The notes beneath the pieces were generated by a model that was given only the letters and a program-made list of their open reading frames with translations, ran no database searches and had not been told where the DNA came from. The position numbers and the translations under genes were made by a program. A stretch of DNA of 24,000 nt from an uncultured Candidatus Bathyarchaeia archaeon (GTDB lineage: Archaea; Thermoproteota; Bathyarchaeia; Bathyarchaeales; Bathycorpusculaceae), in the NCBI GenBank assembly GCA_964347765.1, contig CAYGAG010000021.1, forward strand, positions 4,088-28,087. The letters are read 5' to 3'. This document shows positions 9,373 through 17,690 of this stretch, in pieces. The first letter of the stretch is position 1. Each line of letters starts with the position of its first letter.

Positions 9373-9716
9373 AGTCCTGCACCTATTGCTATTTTGTATC
9401 TCAGATTCAGGTTGAAGTCCACGATGTTGTCAAAAAACGGATGAAAAGGTTTGCTCTCACCAAGAAGGAAATCTAAAACATAATGGGATATTAAACCCAG
9501 GCAGAGGGCATTGTTTATTAGGATTGAAGCAACGATGAGAGGAGCGGCTATTGACAATTCATGCAAAATCGTCCTTGATTCTTGACCTCTGAATTTTTTG
9601 CGTGTATACGTGAAGATCTTGTCCAAGTCGAGAACTACTGCGCCTAGAATGAGCCACACATTTATGTTTCCTCCTGCAAGGATATACGCAAAGGCTATAT
9701 GTGAAATTGGGTCCAA
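9339..9716 (-). CDS. membrane-bound metal-dependent hydrolase (DUF457/YdjM-like)
   Basis: 125 aa and hydrophobic. N-terminal MDPISHIAF plus later ..ILHELS.. and ..SHYVLDFL.. His/Asp pattern, as in DUF457. Overlaps the downstream CDP-alcohol transferase gene by 34 nt, so they are probably co-transcribed. Confidence 0.45.
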   Translation of the reverse strand: MDPISHIAFAYILAGGNINVWLILGAVVLDLDKIFTYTRKKFRGQESRTILHELSIAAPLIVASILINNALCLGLISHYVLDFLLGESKPFHPFFDNIVDFNLNLRYKIAIGAGLWLTAGLFIML

Positions 9717-9961
9717 TTAAATCCCTGCTAGTTATACGAATATTGACATTCAAGAGAAAATTATTTAAGGCTTCTCAGCAAGATCATCGGAGAACCACAG
9801 ACATCAAGTATCTATTAGTGTTTTGTCCATTACATCTCAACGCTCTTAAGAAATATCTTGTGTGTTTAGAGGATTTTCAGCATTGCAAAAGAGAAAAAAT
9901 GAACCGTAACAATAAAAAAGCTAAATCTTGGGATAACCAATGTTTAATAGCGTGAGGATAA

Positions 9962-11467
9962 TTGAAATCTGTGTTCATTCTTGTTGATGGCGCTAGAGCA
10001 GATGTCTTTTACGAAATGTTAAGTCAAGGGCTTCTGCCGAATATTATGAAGCACGTGGCCAAGAGGGGTGCATCTGTAGAAAACGCCGTGACCGTTTTTC
10101 CGTCCACAACTGGACCGGCTCATGCGCCCTTCTTGACTGGAGCATTTCCTGGCCCACTGAACATGCCCGGCATCCGATGGTTTGACAGAAAGAAGAGCAG
10201 CTACAAGTATTACGGACGCTTATCTTGGTTTGAATTCGAACGTGATTATGTGGGGCCAGGCGCCTTCGCAATGAACACAGATATGAGTGACAAGATCAAG
10301 ACCATCTTTGAAAGGCTGAAGGGTTCCACAACAGCTGCAATCTTTGAGCCCATCACACGAGGGGCGAAATTCGTCTATCCTCCTCTTGCTAACGTCTTGG
10401 CTAAACTGCTTGCCCCCTTAAGAGCATTTACTTGGGAACACGCCGACGCCGTTGCAACACGCATATTTGAACTGGTCTACAGGTGCTCTGCCATGATGCG
10501 AGGTATGAAATTTCCTACGGAGCCTCCTGTCTTCTCCATAGTGTATATGCCGGGAGTGGATGAGGTCAGCCACGAACATGGGCCTCTCTCCCAGAACGTA
10601 CGACACGCAATGCAGAATGTGGATAACCAGGTTGGACGCATGGCTAGAACTCTTATTGACCTTGATCTTTACGAGGATACTTCCATTGTAATCAGCTCTG
10701 ATCATGGGCTTCGTCCCACTAGTTTGCACTTTGATCTTGCACAATTCATGAGTACAATTGGTTTGGATGTTCGTCGCTTTCCAGTGACATTCTTGCAAGG
10801 TTTTGGCGAGTTTGATGCCACGGTCGCTGTAAGCGGCAACGGCATGGCTCATATCTATCTAGCTGCGGAAGGCGCAGAGGAAAAAGCATTTCCGCTTCAA
10901 TATATAGCGCATAACTGGGAGCGAAAACCTACGTTGGAGGATCTTGAAAATTACAGGATTAGAAAAGGACGTGTAAACATTATAGACTTGGTTAGACACT
11001 TGTTACCAGTGCAACATGTCTTCGTCGCTGAAAACAGGTCAACTTTCCATGTCTACTCTAACGATGGACACGGCATCATAAGAAAAAAGGGACGAAATGA
11101 ATGCTCTTACGATGTGATTGAAGGTAAGGACCCTCTTGGTTACGCCGCTATCGTCGAAAATGGAAAGATCGCGTATGGCGAGTGGTTCGACGATCGCGAG
11201 TGGCTAGCAGCTACTTGTCAAGCTGAATTTCCAGACGCGCCTGTTCAGATTTCACAGATCTTTGAAAGCGAGCGGTCGGGAGACTTGATCGTGAACTCTC
11301 GGATGGGTTGGGATCTTATGCCTGAATTGTCACCGCATAAGGGTTCTCATGGCGGTCTTCATAAAACGGAAATGAAGATTCCACTTCTAATTGGCAATTC
11401 TAACTATGAGTACGGGCCAGATCAACCACTACGTACTCCAGATGTTCTAGACATACTTCTCGCCTAG
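9962..11467 (+). CDS. alkaline-phosphatase superfamily protein (type I phosphodiesterase / nucleotide pyrophosphatase-like)
   Basis: TTG start. ILVDGARADVF (metal Asp), FPSTTGPAHAPFLTG (Thr nucleophile motif), MPGVDEVSHEHG, VISSDHG and KGSHGG are the ordered metal and nucleophile motifs of the NPP/phosphodiesterase family. Confidence 0.75.
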   Translation: MKSVFILVDGARADVFYEMLSQGLLPNIMKHVAKRGASVENAVTVFPSTTGPAHAPFLTGAFPGPLNMPGIRWFDRKKSSYKYYGRLSWFEFERDYVGPGAFAMNTDMSDKIKTIFERLKGSTTAAIFEPITRGAKFVYPPLANVLAKLLAPLRAFTWEHADAVATRIFELVYRCSAMMRGMKFPTEPPVFSIVYMPGVDEVSHEHGPLSQNVRHAMQNVDNQVGRMARTLIDLDLYEDTSIVISSDHGLRPTSLHFDLAQFMSTIGLDVRRFPVTFLQGFGEFDATVAVSGNGMAHIYLAAEGAEEKAFPLQYIAHNWERKPTLEDLENYRIRKGRVNIIDLVRHLLPVQHVFVAENRSTFHVYSNDGHGIIRKKGRNECSYDVIEGKDPLGYAAIVENGKIAYGEWFDDREWLAATCQAEFPDAPVQISQIFESERSGDLIVNSRMGWDLMPELSPHKGSHGGLHKTEMKIPLLIGNSNYEYGPDQPLRTPDVLDILLA

Positions 11468-12162
11468 AAAAGATCTGAAGCCGTCACGAGCTAAGGCTAT
11501 GATAGCAGAGGTGAATATTCCGCGCTACAGTAAACCATAAACGAAGGCCTTCACGCGCTATCAGCTCTGCTACTAGCCAAGTTGCTTAGAATTAGCTCCA
11601 TCCCAAGTGTTTCAATCGGTGTCTTGTTCTTAGTTTTTCCCGATACTAACCACCCTCCAAACATGAAAATGGCGTTGAAAACTGGAAGATTTCGGTCAAA
11701 TCACGTTTGCCCCTCCAGGAACTTGTGGGCCTTATCCTCGCTTTGTCAGCATCCCTGATTGCGCACACAGTCCGTTCTCACCAATTTCTACTCGTACTAA
11801 ACTGTAGACTAAGCCATTTCATCGTTGACTTGCTTACAAGACCATGCCGACCGCTATTTCCTTTCTCCTATAAACAAGTAGACCCTAACCTTTATCGAGC
11901 GCGCGGATACGGTTTTCACGTTCATCCTAGGTCCAATGTACATGAAGGCGTTAGCATTCTGAGCGTAAGCAGCCTCGGCCTCTACATTGTTTGTTTGGAT
12001 TCCAATGCCTAAAAAGGAGCGTAGCAACCAGAAGACTAGATAACCGAAGTTTCTAAAATTTCCATAGCGTCGATCATGCAGTCAATCTTGGACAGGTCTT
12101 CTGAATGCAATATAGTACTGAGAAAGCTTATGAATGAATAGGAAGAGTGAAAAAGCAAATGG

Positions 12163-13833
12163 TTGGACTTAGAAATCAGATGTGGGTGGAAGAAAATCTT
12201 GTCTGACTCACCTTTCTCTGAAATTCTGGATGGGCTTTCATCTAGAATTGCTATTAAAGGTTCTATCTATGCAGCTTCGATCATACTGTTTTTCATGTTT
12301 ATTCTGTTACCTCCTATTCTGGGAGTAATTATCAGATGGAACACAATCGAAGAGGTTTTAGGTCAGCCGAGACTCATGTCTGACGCCTTAAATGCGGTCT
12401 ACGCATCTTTCGCTGTAGCTTTCTTCGTTTCGTTCATTGATATTGTGGCTGGTGTACCCATGGCTTGGATGGTTGCACGTGGGAAATCAAGATGGATCAA
12501 TGCGTTGGACACTTTTTCAGATATCCCCTTCATTGTGCCTACTTCCACTCTTGGGTACTCATTGTCTCTTTTCTGGAGTGGGTCGACCGGACTCTCGGCC
12601 TTTTTTGGCCGGCCTTTCGTCTCGCCGGGCTGGCTCCTCGTAGTATTGCTGCATTTTGCATTTTCATTTCCAGTTGTGGTCAGAGTGATGGTTGGAGCCT
12701 TGCTGGATTACGAATTGGAGTACGAACAAGCGGCAAGAACCTTGGGGGCTGCCCCGCTGACAGCCGCAAGAACTGTAACGTTTCCCATTTTAAAACACTC
12801 TGTGATAGCTTCTTTCACTTTGGCTTTTGCAAGATCACTCTCTGAAACAGGCGCAACAATGATAGTAGCAGGTCAGTTTGTTAATGGTCCAATATTCATC
12901 CAGAAGAATCTGGGTGTAGGGGGAGAAGGGCCGCTTGTCTTTGTTAGCTTGATTCTTCTGGGACTCTCTAGTCTGATATTCGTGACAATCCGTTTACTAG
13001 GTCCAAGGTTGGAGATGCCTATCAGGAGAGTCTGGCCTGAGACTGAGAGGAAGCTGAGCAGCTCTACAGTCTCTTCCTCTAGAAACGGAATAGCGCTGTC
13101 AATATTCTTGTTTTTGGTGCTTGTTCCCTCTCTTTTCGTCGCGCTGCCAGCGTTTGAAGCGATCTTCTCTGGAGTCTTGACGGACGCCTTAGGGGGGATT
13201 GGCGTTTGGAGCGATTATTGGCAAAGTATTTTCCTATCCTACTCTGTTGGGGCTGTTGTCACAGGAATAAACGTCATGATTGGTCTGCCTATGGCGATTA
13301 TAATAGCACGGAAAAAAATAGGGAGTGACCCCTCGACATTGTTGGACACGCTTGTTAACATCCCAATAATCGTCCCGTCTGTCGCTTTGGGGGCTTCCCT
13401 CTCAATTTTCTGGAAAGAGAATTTCGGATTCATACCTGATATTTGGCTGCTTATTTTCGCGCATCTATGTATTACGTATCCTTATTTTGTGAGATCAATG
13501 TCAGCTGCTGTAGAGAGAATAAGTGTCGAACTGGAAGAAGCCGGAAGAACGCTTGGAGCAAAACCATTGGCCGTGTTCAGAACGATAGTTTTTCCATTGA
13601 CCAAATACTCTATGTTTTCGGGTGCAATCATGATGTTTACGAGAAGCGTCAGCGAAACCGGTGCTACGTTGGTTGTCAGCAATCTTGTTACTGCCCCAGT
13701 TTTGCTGGTCCGATGGGTTAGAGAAGGAGTTCCAGAAATGGTTCTAGGCTTGGGGTGCGGCTTTCTTATCGTGTTTTCTTTCATAATCTTGCTAATTCTT
13801 AGACTCGTAGTGAGGAAGAGGGGAACATACTAA
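12163..13833 (+). CDS. ABC importer permease, fused double transmembrane domain
   Basis: 556 aa with about 12 TM helices. Two EAA loops: YEQAARTLGAAPLTAARTVTFPILK...ARSLSETGATMIVAG and LEEAGRTLGAKPLAVFRTIVFPLTK...TRSVSETGATLVVS. The SETGAT box resembles the GEFGA box of oxyanion-type permeases (CysTW/ModB/WtpB/Pst). TTG start is assumed. Confidence 0.8.
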   Translation: MDLEIRCGWKKILSDSPFSEILDGLSSRIAIKGSIYAASIILFFMFILLPPILGVIIRWNTIEEVLGQPRLMSDALNAVYASFAVAFFVSFIDIVAGVPMAWMVARGKSRWINALDTFSDIPFIVPTSTLGYSLSLFWSGSTGLSAFFGRPFVSPGWLLVVLLHFAFSFPVVVRVMVGALLDYELEYEQAARTLGAAPLTAARTVTFPILKHSVIASFTLAFARSLSETGATMIVAGQFVNGPIFIQKNLGVGGEGPLVFVSLILLGLSSLIFVTIRLLGPRLEMPIRRVWPETERKLSSSTVSSSRNGIALSIFLFLVLVPSLFVALPAFEAIFSGVLTDALGGIGVWSDYWQSIFLSYSVGAVVTGINVMIGLPMAIIIARKKIGSDPSTLLDTLVNIPIIVPSVALGASLSIFWKENFGFIPDIWLLIFAHLCITYPYFVRSMSAAVERISVELEEAGRTLGAKPLAVFRTIVFPLTKYSMFSGAIMMFTRSVSETGATLVVSNLVTAPVLLVRWVREGVPEMVLGLGCGFLIVFSFIILLILRLVVRKRGTY

Positions 13834-13903
13834 GATGTTTAGCAAATCGCTAATGTCTTGCACTCGATTCTATACAACTGGAAATCCAAGGAGATCAGAG
13901 TAA

Positions 13904-15007
13904 ATGCCTGTTGTACGTCTGGTGAACGTAAAAAAGAGCTTTGGGAAAATAGTGGCGGTTGACGGTGTCAGCCTCCACATCAAAAACAAAGAGTATTTCT
14001 CTTTGCTTGGTCCAAGCGGGTGTGGAAAGACGACCCTGTTGCGGCTCATTGCAGGGCTGGTTCAACCAGATGAAGGCGAGATCTACATTGGACAGAAGCT
14101 TGTAAATGATGTGCCTCCAGAAGATAGAAACATCGGATTTGTGTTCCAGACCTTCGCACTGTTTCCCCACATGGACGCGTGGAACAACGTCATCTATGGA
14201 CCCAGAGTGAAGGGTTTTGAAATGAGAAAAGCAGAGACCATAGGACATGAGGTGCTGGAGATGGTCAAGTTACATGAAAGGTTGAATGCCTTCCCAAATG
14301 AACTAAGTGGAGGAATGATGCAGAGAATAGCTGTGGCAAGAGCCCTAGCGGCCGGTGCAGAATTGCTGCTCCTTGACGAGCCCCTGGGACATTTGGACGC
14401 AAAGGTAAGAAACGAGTTAAGGTATGAGATAAGAAGGATGACAAAGGACTTGGGATTAACTGCAGTACACGTGACACATGATCAGAGCGAAGCCATGGCG
14501 ATTTCAGACAGAATTGCAGTTCTGAAAAAGGGAAAGATACTACAGACGGGAACCCCAACAGAGCTTTATCTGACTCCAAAGAACATTTTCGTGGCCCACT
14601 TCATCGGTGAATCGAACTTCCTAGAAGGATATGTTTCAAAGGTAAGCCCCGAGGGGTCAGCAATCGAACTTCGCGGAGAGGTGAAAGTTCAAGTAGGCCA
14701 GAAAGATTTCAAGAAAGGTGAAAGGGTGGTTCTAGCCGTAAGGCCTGAAACGTTCACCATTGCAGAGGGAAAGCGTGAAAAGGAAAACTCTGTTGTAGGC
14801 ACCATAGAACGGACTACCTTCGAAGGGACGAACATGCGTTACGAGATCAGACTTGAGAATCAAGATCTGGTTGTGGTTGTTAAACCGTCTCTGACTGAAG
14901 AATGGTTTAAGGTGGGAAGAACAGTAACAGTAAGTTTTTCTGCTGAAAAAGCTCATCTGTTCATATATCCTGAGTCAGGTTTGAGGGAGGAATTAGCAGT
15001 TGAGTAA
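13904..15007 (+). CDS. ABC transporter ATP-binding protein with a C-terminal TOBE-like domain (CysA/PotA/FbpC/ModC type)
   Basis: Walker A GPSGCGKTT, Q-loop FQTFALFPH, signature LSGGMMQR, Walker B LLLLDEP, H-loop VTHDQ. C-terminal beta-rich region (..VVGTIERTTFEGTNMRYEIRLENQDLVVVVKP..). AAGGAG lies about 10 nt upstream of the ATG. Confidence 0.9.
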   Translation: MPVVRLVNVKKSFGKIVAVDGVSLHIKNKEYFSLLGPSGCGKTTLLRLIAGLVQPDEGEIYIGQKLVNDVPPEDRNIGFVFQTFALFPHMDAWNNVIYGPRVKGFEMRKAETIGHEVLEMVKLHERLNAFPNELSGGMMQRIAVARALAAGAELLLLDEPLGHLDAKVRNELRYEIRRMTKDLGLTAVHVTHDQSEAMAISDRIAVLKKGKILQTGTPTELYLTPKNIFVAHFIGESNFLEGYVSKVSPEGSAIELRGEVKVQVGQKDFKKGERVVLAVRPETFTIAEGKREKENSVVGTIERTTFEGTNMRYEIRLENQDLVVVVKPSLTEEWFKVGRTVTVSFSAEKAHLFIYPESGLREELAVE

Positions 15008-15659
15008 TCTAATAAGATGGTTTGAGAAACGAAAGGAAATAAAAGCTTTGGAAACCGTGCAACGACACTTAGCATTGACTATAGGAATAGTCGAAGACCT
15101 GGAGAAGTCGATAGATGCATTAGCAAGAAACAATGAGGTGGAGATGGAGAGAAGTGTTCAAAGAGTGGCGAGCAGGGAGAAGGAAGCAGATAAGCTGCGC
15201 AGAAGAATTATGGACTATATTTCAAAAGGAGAGCTCCCACCCATCGACAGGGCAGATCTCATGGATCTTGTAAAAAAGGTAGATATGGTTGCTGACTGGA
15301 GTAGAGAGTCAACACGCATACTGAAGGCTATACCGATGACGCATCTCCCAGCCTTGGTTAAAGATGGATTAATGGAGATGGCTCAGGGGGTGAAGAGCTG
15401 TGCGATTTCCCTTCAGAAATGCATCAACAGAATGATCCTGAAACCCGAAGAAGCGCTTAAGGCGGCAGATGCAGTGGAGCTAGAGGAGGAGAAAGTCGAT
15501 GATATTCATGAAAGGGTTCGATTGTTGTTGGGCAAGATTGATTTACCTAGTGCCGGAATCACCGTCTTAGTCGCTCAACTCTTGGAGGCTCTGGAAATGG
15601 TTGGAGATTCATGTGAAGATGCAGTCGACCAAGTGAGGGTCATAGCTGTTCGAAGGTAA
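15000..15659 (+). CDS. DUF47 / PhoU-like (TIGR00153-type) protein, copy 1
   Basis: TTG start overlaps the ATPase stop by 8 nt and is preceded by GGGAGGA. ..REKEADKLRRRIMDYISKGELPPIDRADLMDLVKKVDMVADWSRES.. matches the DUF47 helical-bundle core. Confidence 0.8.
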   Translation: MSNLIRWFEKRKEIKALETVQRHLALTIGIVEDLEKSIDALARNNEVEMERSVQRVASREKEADKLRRRIMDYISKGELPPIDRADLMDLVKKVDMVADWSRESTRILKAIPMTHLPALVKDGLMEMAQGVKSCAISLQKCINRMILKPEEALKAADAVELEEEKVDDIHERVRLLLGKIDLPSAGITVLVAQLLEALEMVGDSCEDAVDQVRVIAVRR

Positions 15660-15791
15660 ACATTTTCTAAAAGAATCCAAGACCCCCCACCTGCGTGCGC
15701 AAACAGATTCTGAATCACACAACATATGAAGTACATCCACAACCTACATATCTCCGCGCGTCAGTCATGATGTTCGGACTTCCAAGAAGGG

Positions 15792-15798
15792 TTATATA
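15792..15798 (+). promoter_or_regulatory. candidate TATA box for DUF47 copy 2
   Basis: TTATATA lies about 39 nt upstream of TTG 15834. AGGAG (15821-15825) sits between them as an SD-like site. Confidence 0.4.
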
Positions 15799-15833
15799 CA
15801 AAACATGAAAAGTAACGTTGAGGAGACAAAGAC

Positions 15834-16502
15834 TTGGAAGGGAAAAGCTACAGATGGTTTGAAAAGCGACGAAGAACAAAAGCGTTAGATTTAGCCCAAG
15901 AACAGATAACCAAAGCGCTGGACACAGTGACCCTATTGCATAAAGCAGTGGAGAGTATTTCGAAAGCAAACAGAAAAGAGGCAATGCAACACATTGAGAA
16001 TCTTCTAGAGGCAGAGAAAGAAGTAGACAAGCTACGGACAGAAGTCTTCAAAGAGCTATCGAAAGGCGCAGCCCTGTTCGCAGATTACCGCGAAGACCTG
16101 ATGCACCTCGTGAAACGCCTTGACACACTTGCAGACCATGTGAAGGATGCAGCAAGATGCATCAAGATGCTGGCAGATTCCGAGATTCCAAAAGATCTTT
16201 GGCAGAAGACTGCTCACATGGTTTCCATTCTATTGGAATGTGCCAATGCCCTTCGCAGTAGCATCGAAAAGATCGCTGTAGATCCAATAGCAGCCATACG
16301 AGGAGCAAAAAAAGTAGAGCAGGTTGAAGGCGAGATTGATCAGGAATACCTTGAAACAAAATCTATGTTCATTGAATATGGAAAACAGATAGACAGTGGC
16401 TCCATGGTAATATTCGATGACTTGGTTGAATTCATTGAATACGCTGCCGACATATGTGCCGATACCGCAGACTATATCGTGATACTTGCAGGTACAGAAT
16501 AA
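15834..16502 (+). CDS. DUF47 / PhoU-like (TIGR00153-type) protein, copy 2
   Basis: A paralog of copy 1 (WFEKRRRTKALD.., ..AEKEVDKLRTEVFKELSKGAALFADYREDLMHLVKRLDTLADHVKDA..). TTG start. A 174-nt gap upstream contains a TTATATA box. Confidence 0.8.
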   Translation: MEGKSYRWFEKRRRTKALDLAQEQITKALDTVTLLHKAVESISKANRKEAMQHIENLLEAEKEVDKLRTEVFKELSKGAALFADYREDLMHLVKRLDTLADHVKDAARCIKMLADSEIPKDLWQKTAHMVSILLECANALRSSIEKIAVDPIAAIRGAKKVEQVEGEIDQEYLETKSMFIEYGKQIDSGSMVIFDDLVEFIEYAADICADTADYIVILAGTE

Positions 16503-16752
16503 CACGTTGACATTGAACATAGTCGACGAACGTCAAATCAGGAAACGCTCCAACCCACCTGACCCGCTAGGTTCAAGAATGACGATTATGTCTTCCCAGC
16601 AGAAGACTCACAACTAAAACTTGCAGACAGACTATTCAATACGGATGCCTCAGACCCGAGAAGAGCATCATCCTTGGGAAGCGGTTTCATCCCCTATTAA
16701 GCCTATCATTTGATTATTTCACGAATCCTAAATGTGTACGCAAACACAAACG

Positions 16753-16758
16753 ATAAAA
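16753..16758 (+). promoter_or_regulatory. candidate TATA-like box for the heliorhodopsin gene (leaderless geometry)
   Basis: cgATAAAAgt is centred about 28 nt upstream of ATG 16784, within a 260-nt gap after the preceding gene. Confidence 0.3.
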
Positions 16759-16783
16759 GTGCTTGGAAATAAAAGATAGCAGC

Positions 16784-17602
16784 ATGGATCGAAAAGAAAG
16801 ATTAGAAAATATAGCCAAATCACCGATTTCCTTCTCTTATCTAAGACGCTTCAACATCGGAGCAGGTTTTCTGCACTTGACCCAAGGAGTAGTAATGGTG
16901 ATTCTCGGACTGCTTAAAATCTATCCCAGAAACATATACACATTCTACCTTAAGTTTGAAAGAATAAGCCCAACTATTTTCCAGGTTGGGCCAGACCCTC
17001 AAGTCCTGTTTACAATAGACTATATAGGAGTCGTAGCAGCTTTGTTTCCTTTGATCTCCGCAATAGCACATTTCACCATTGCTTTTCCAAGAAATGAAAG
17101 CTACAATCAGAACCTCAAAAGAGCAATGAATCCATACAGGTGGTATGAATACGCCTTCTCAAGCTCAATAATGATAGTGTTAATCGCAACTTTCGTTGGC
17201 GTCTGGGATTTATGGTCCCTTGTCATGATATTCGTCCTGAACGCAATGATGATTATGTTAGGATACCTGATGGAAAATATCAATCAACACATCGAAAAGA
17301 CCGATTGGTCCTCCTTTGTCCTAGGATGCATTTCAGGCGGAATACCTTGGATAGTGCTGTATTCATATTTCGTTGCAGCCATACGCAGTGTGAATGCTGA
17401 CGTACCAACATTCGTGTACATGATACTTTTCATATACTTCATCTTGTTCAACGTCTTCGCGATAAACATGGTGCTGCAATACAAAGGCGTTGGACGCTGG
17501 AAAGACTACCTTTATGGCGAAAGAACCTACATAATGCTGAGTTTCATAGCTAAAAGCATTCTAGCCTGGCTAGTATTCATAGGAATCTTCGCACCATTCT
17601 AG
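16784..17602 (+). CDS. heliorhodopsin (retinal-binding 7-TM photoreceptor, inverted topology)
   Basis: Seven hydrophobic segments. Signature blocks: FNIGAGFLHLTQ, SAIAHFTIAF, NPYRWYEYAFSSSIMIVLIA (Glu codon 17147-17149), FVLNAMMIMLGYLME, GCISGGIPWIV, VPTFVYMI, and FNVFAINMVLQYKGVGRWKDYLYGERTYIMLSFIAKSILAW (Lys codon 17552-17554). I prefer ATG 16784 to the track's TTG 16763. Confidence 0.9.
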   Translation: MDRKERLENIAKSPISFSYLRRFNIGAGFLHLTQGVVMVILGLLKIYPRNIYTFYLKFERISPTIFQVGPDPQVLFTIDYIGVVAALFPLISAIAHFTIAFPRNESYNQNLKRAMNPYRWYEYAFSSSIMIVLIATFVGVWDLWSLVMIFVLNAMMIMLGYLMENINQHIEKTDWSSFVLGCISGGIPWIVLYSYFVAAIRSVNADVPTFVYMILFIYFILFNVFAINMVLQYKGVGRWKDYLYGERTYIMLSFIAKSILAWLVFIGIFAPF

Positions 17603-17690
17603 TGCACTCGCGAATAAAGCGTACCGTAGGTAGAAGTTGCTAGCTGACGCTGCACACGGCGCACACGCTATCCACAAACGCGTAGGCAAT

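Noticed and set aside
9701-9955. Track ORF of 84 aa in the divergent intergenic region between the DUF457 and phosphodiesterase genes.
   Set aside because: It overlaps the 5' end of the DUF457 gene. The sequence is lysine/arginine-rich and low in complexity, as expected from translating A/T-rich promoter DNA. No motif is present.
11707-12012. Track ORF of 101 aa (TTG start) in the gap before the ABC permease.
   Set aside because: The composition is implausible (Leu/Ser/Arg/His-rich with no motifs), there is no promoter or SD context, and broken minus-strand frames overlap it. I treat the region as non-coding or decayed.
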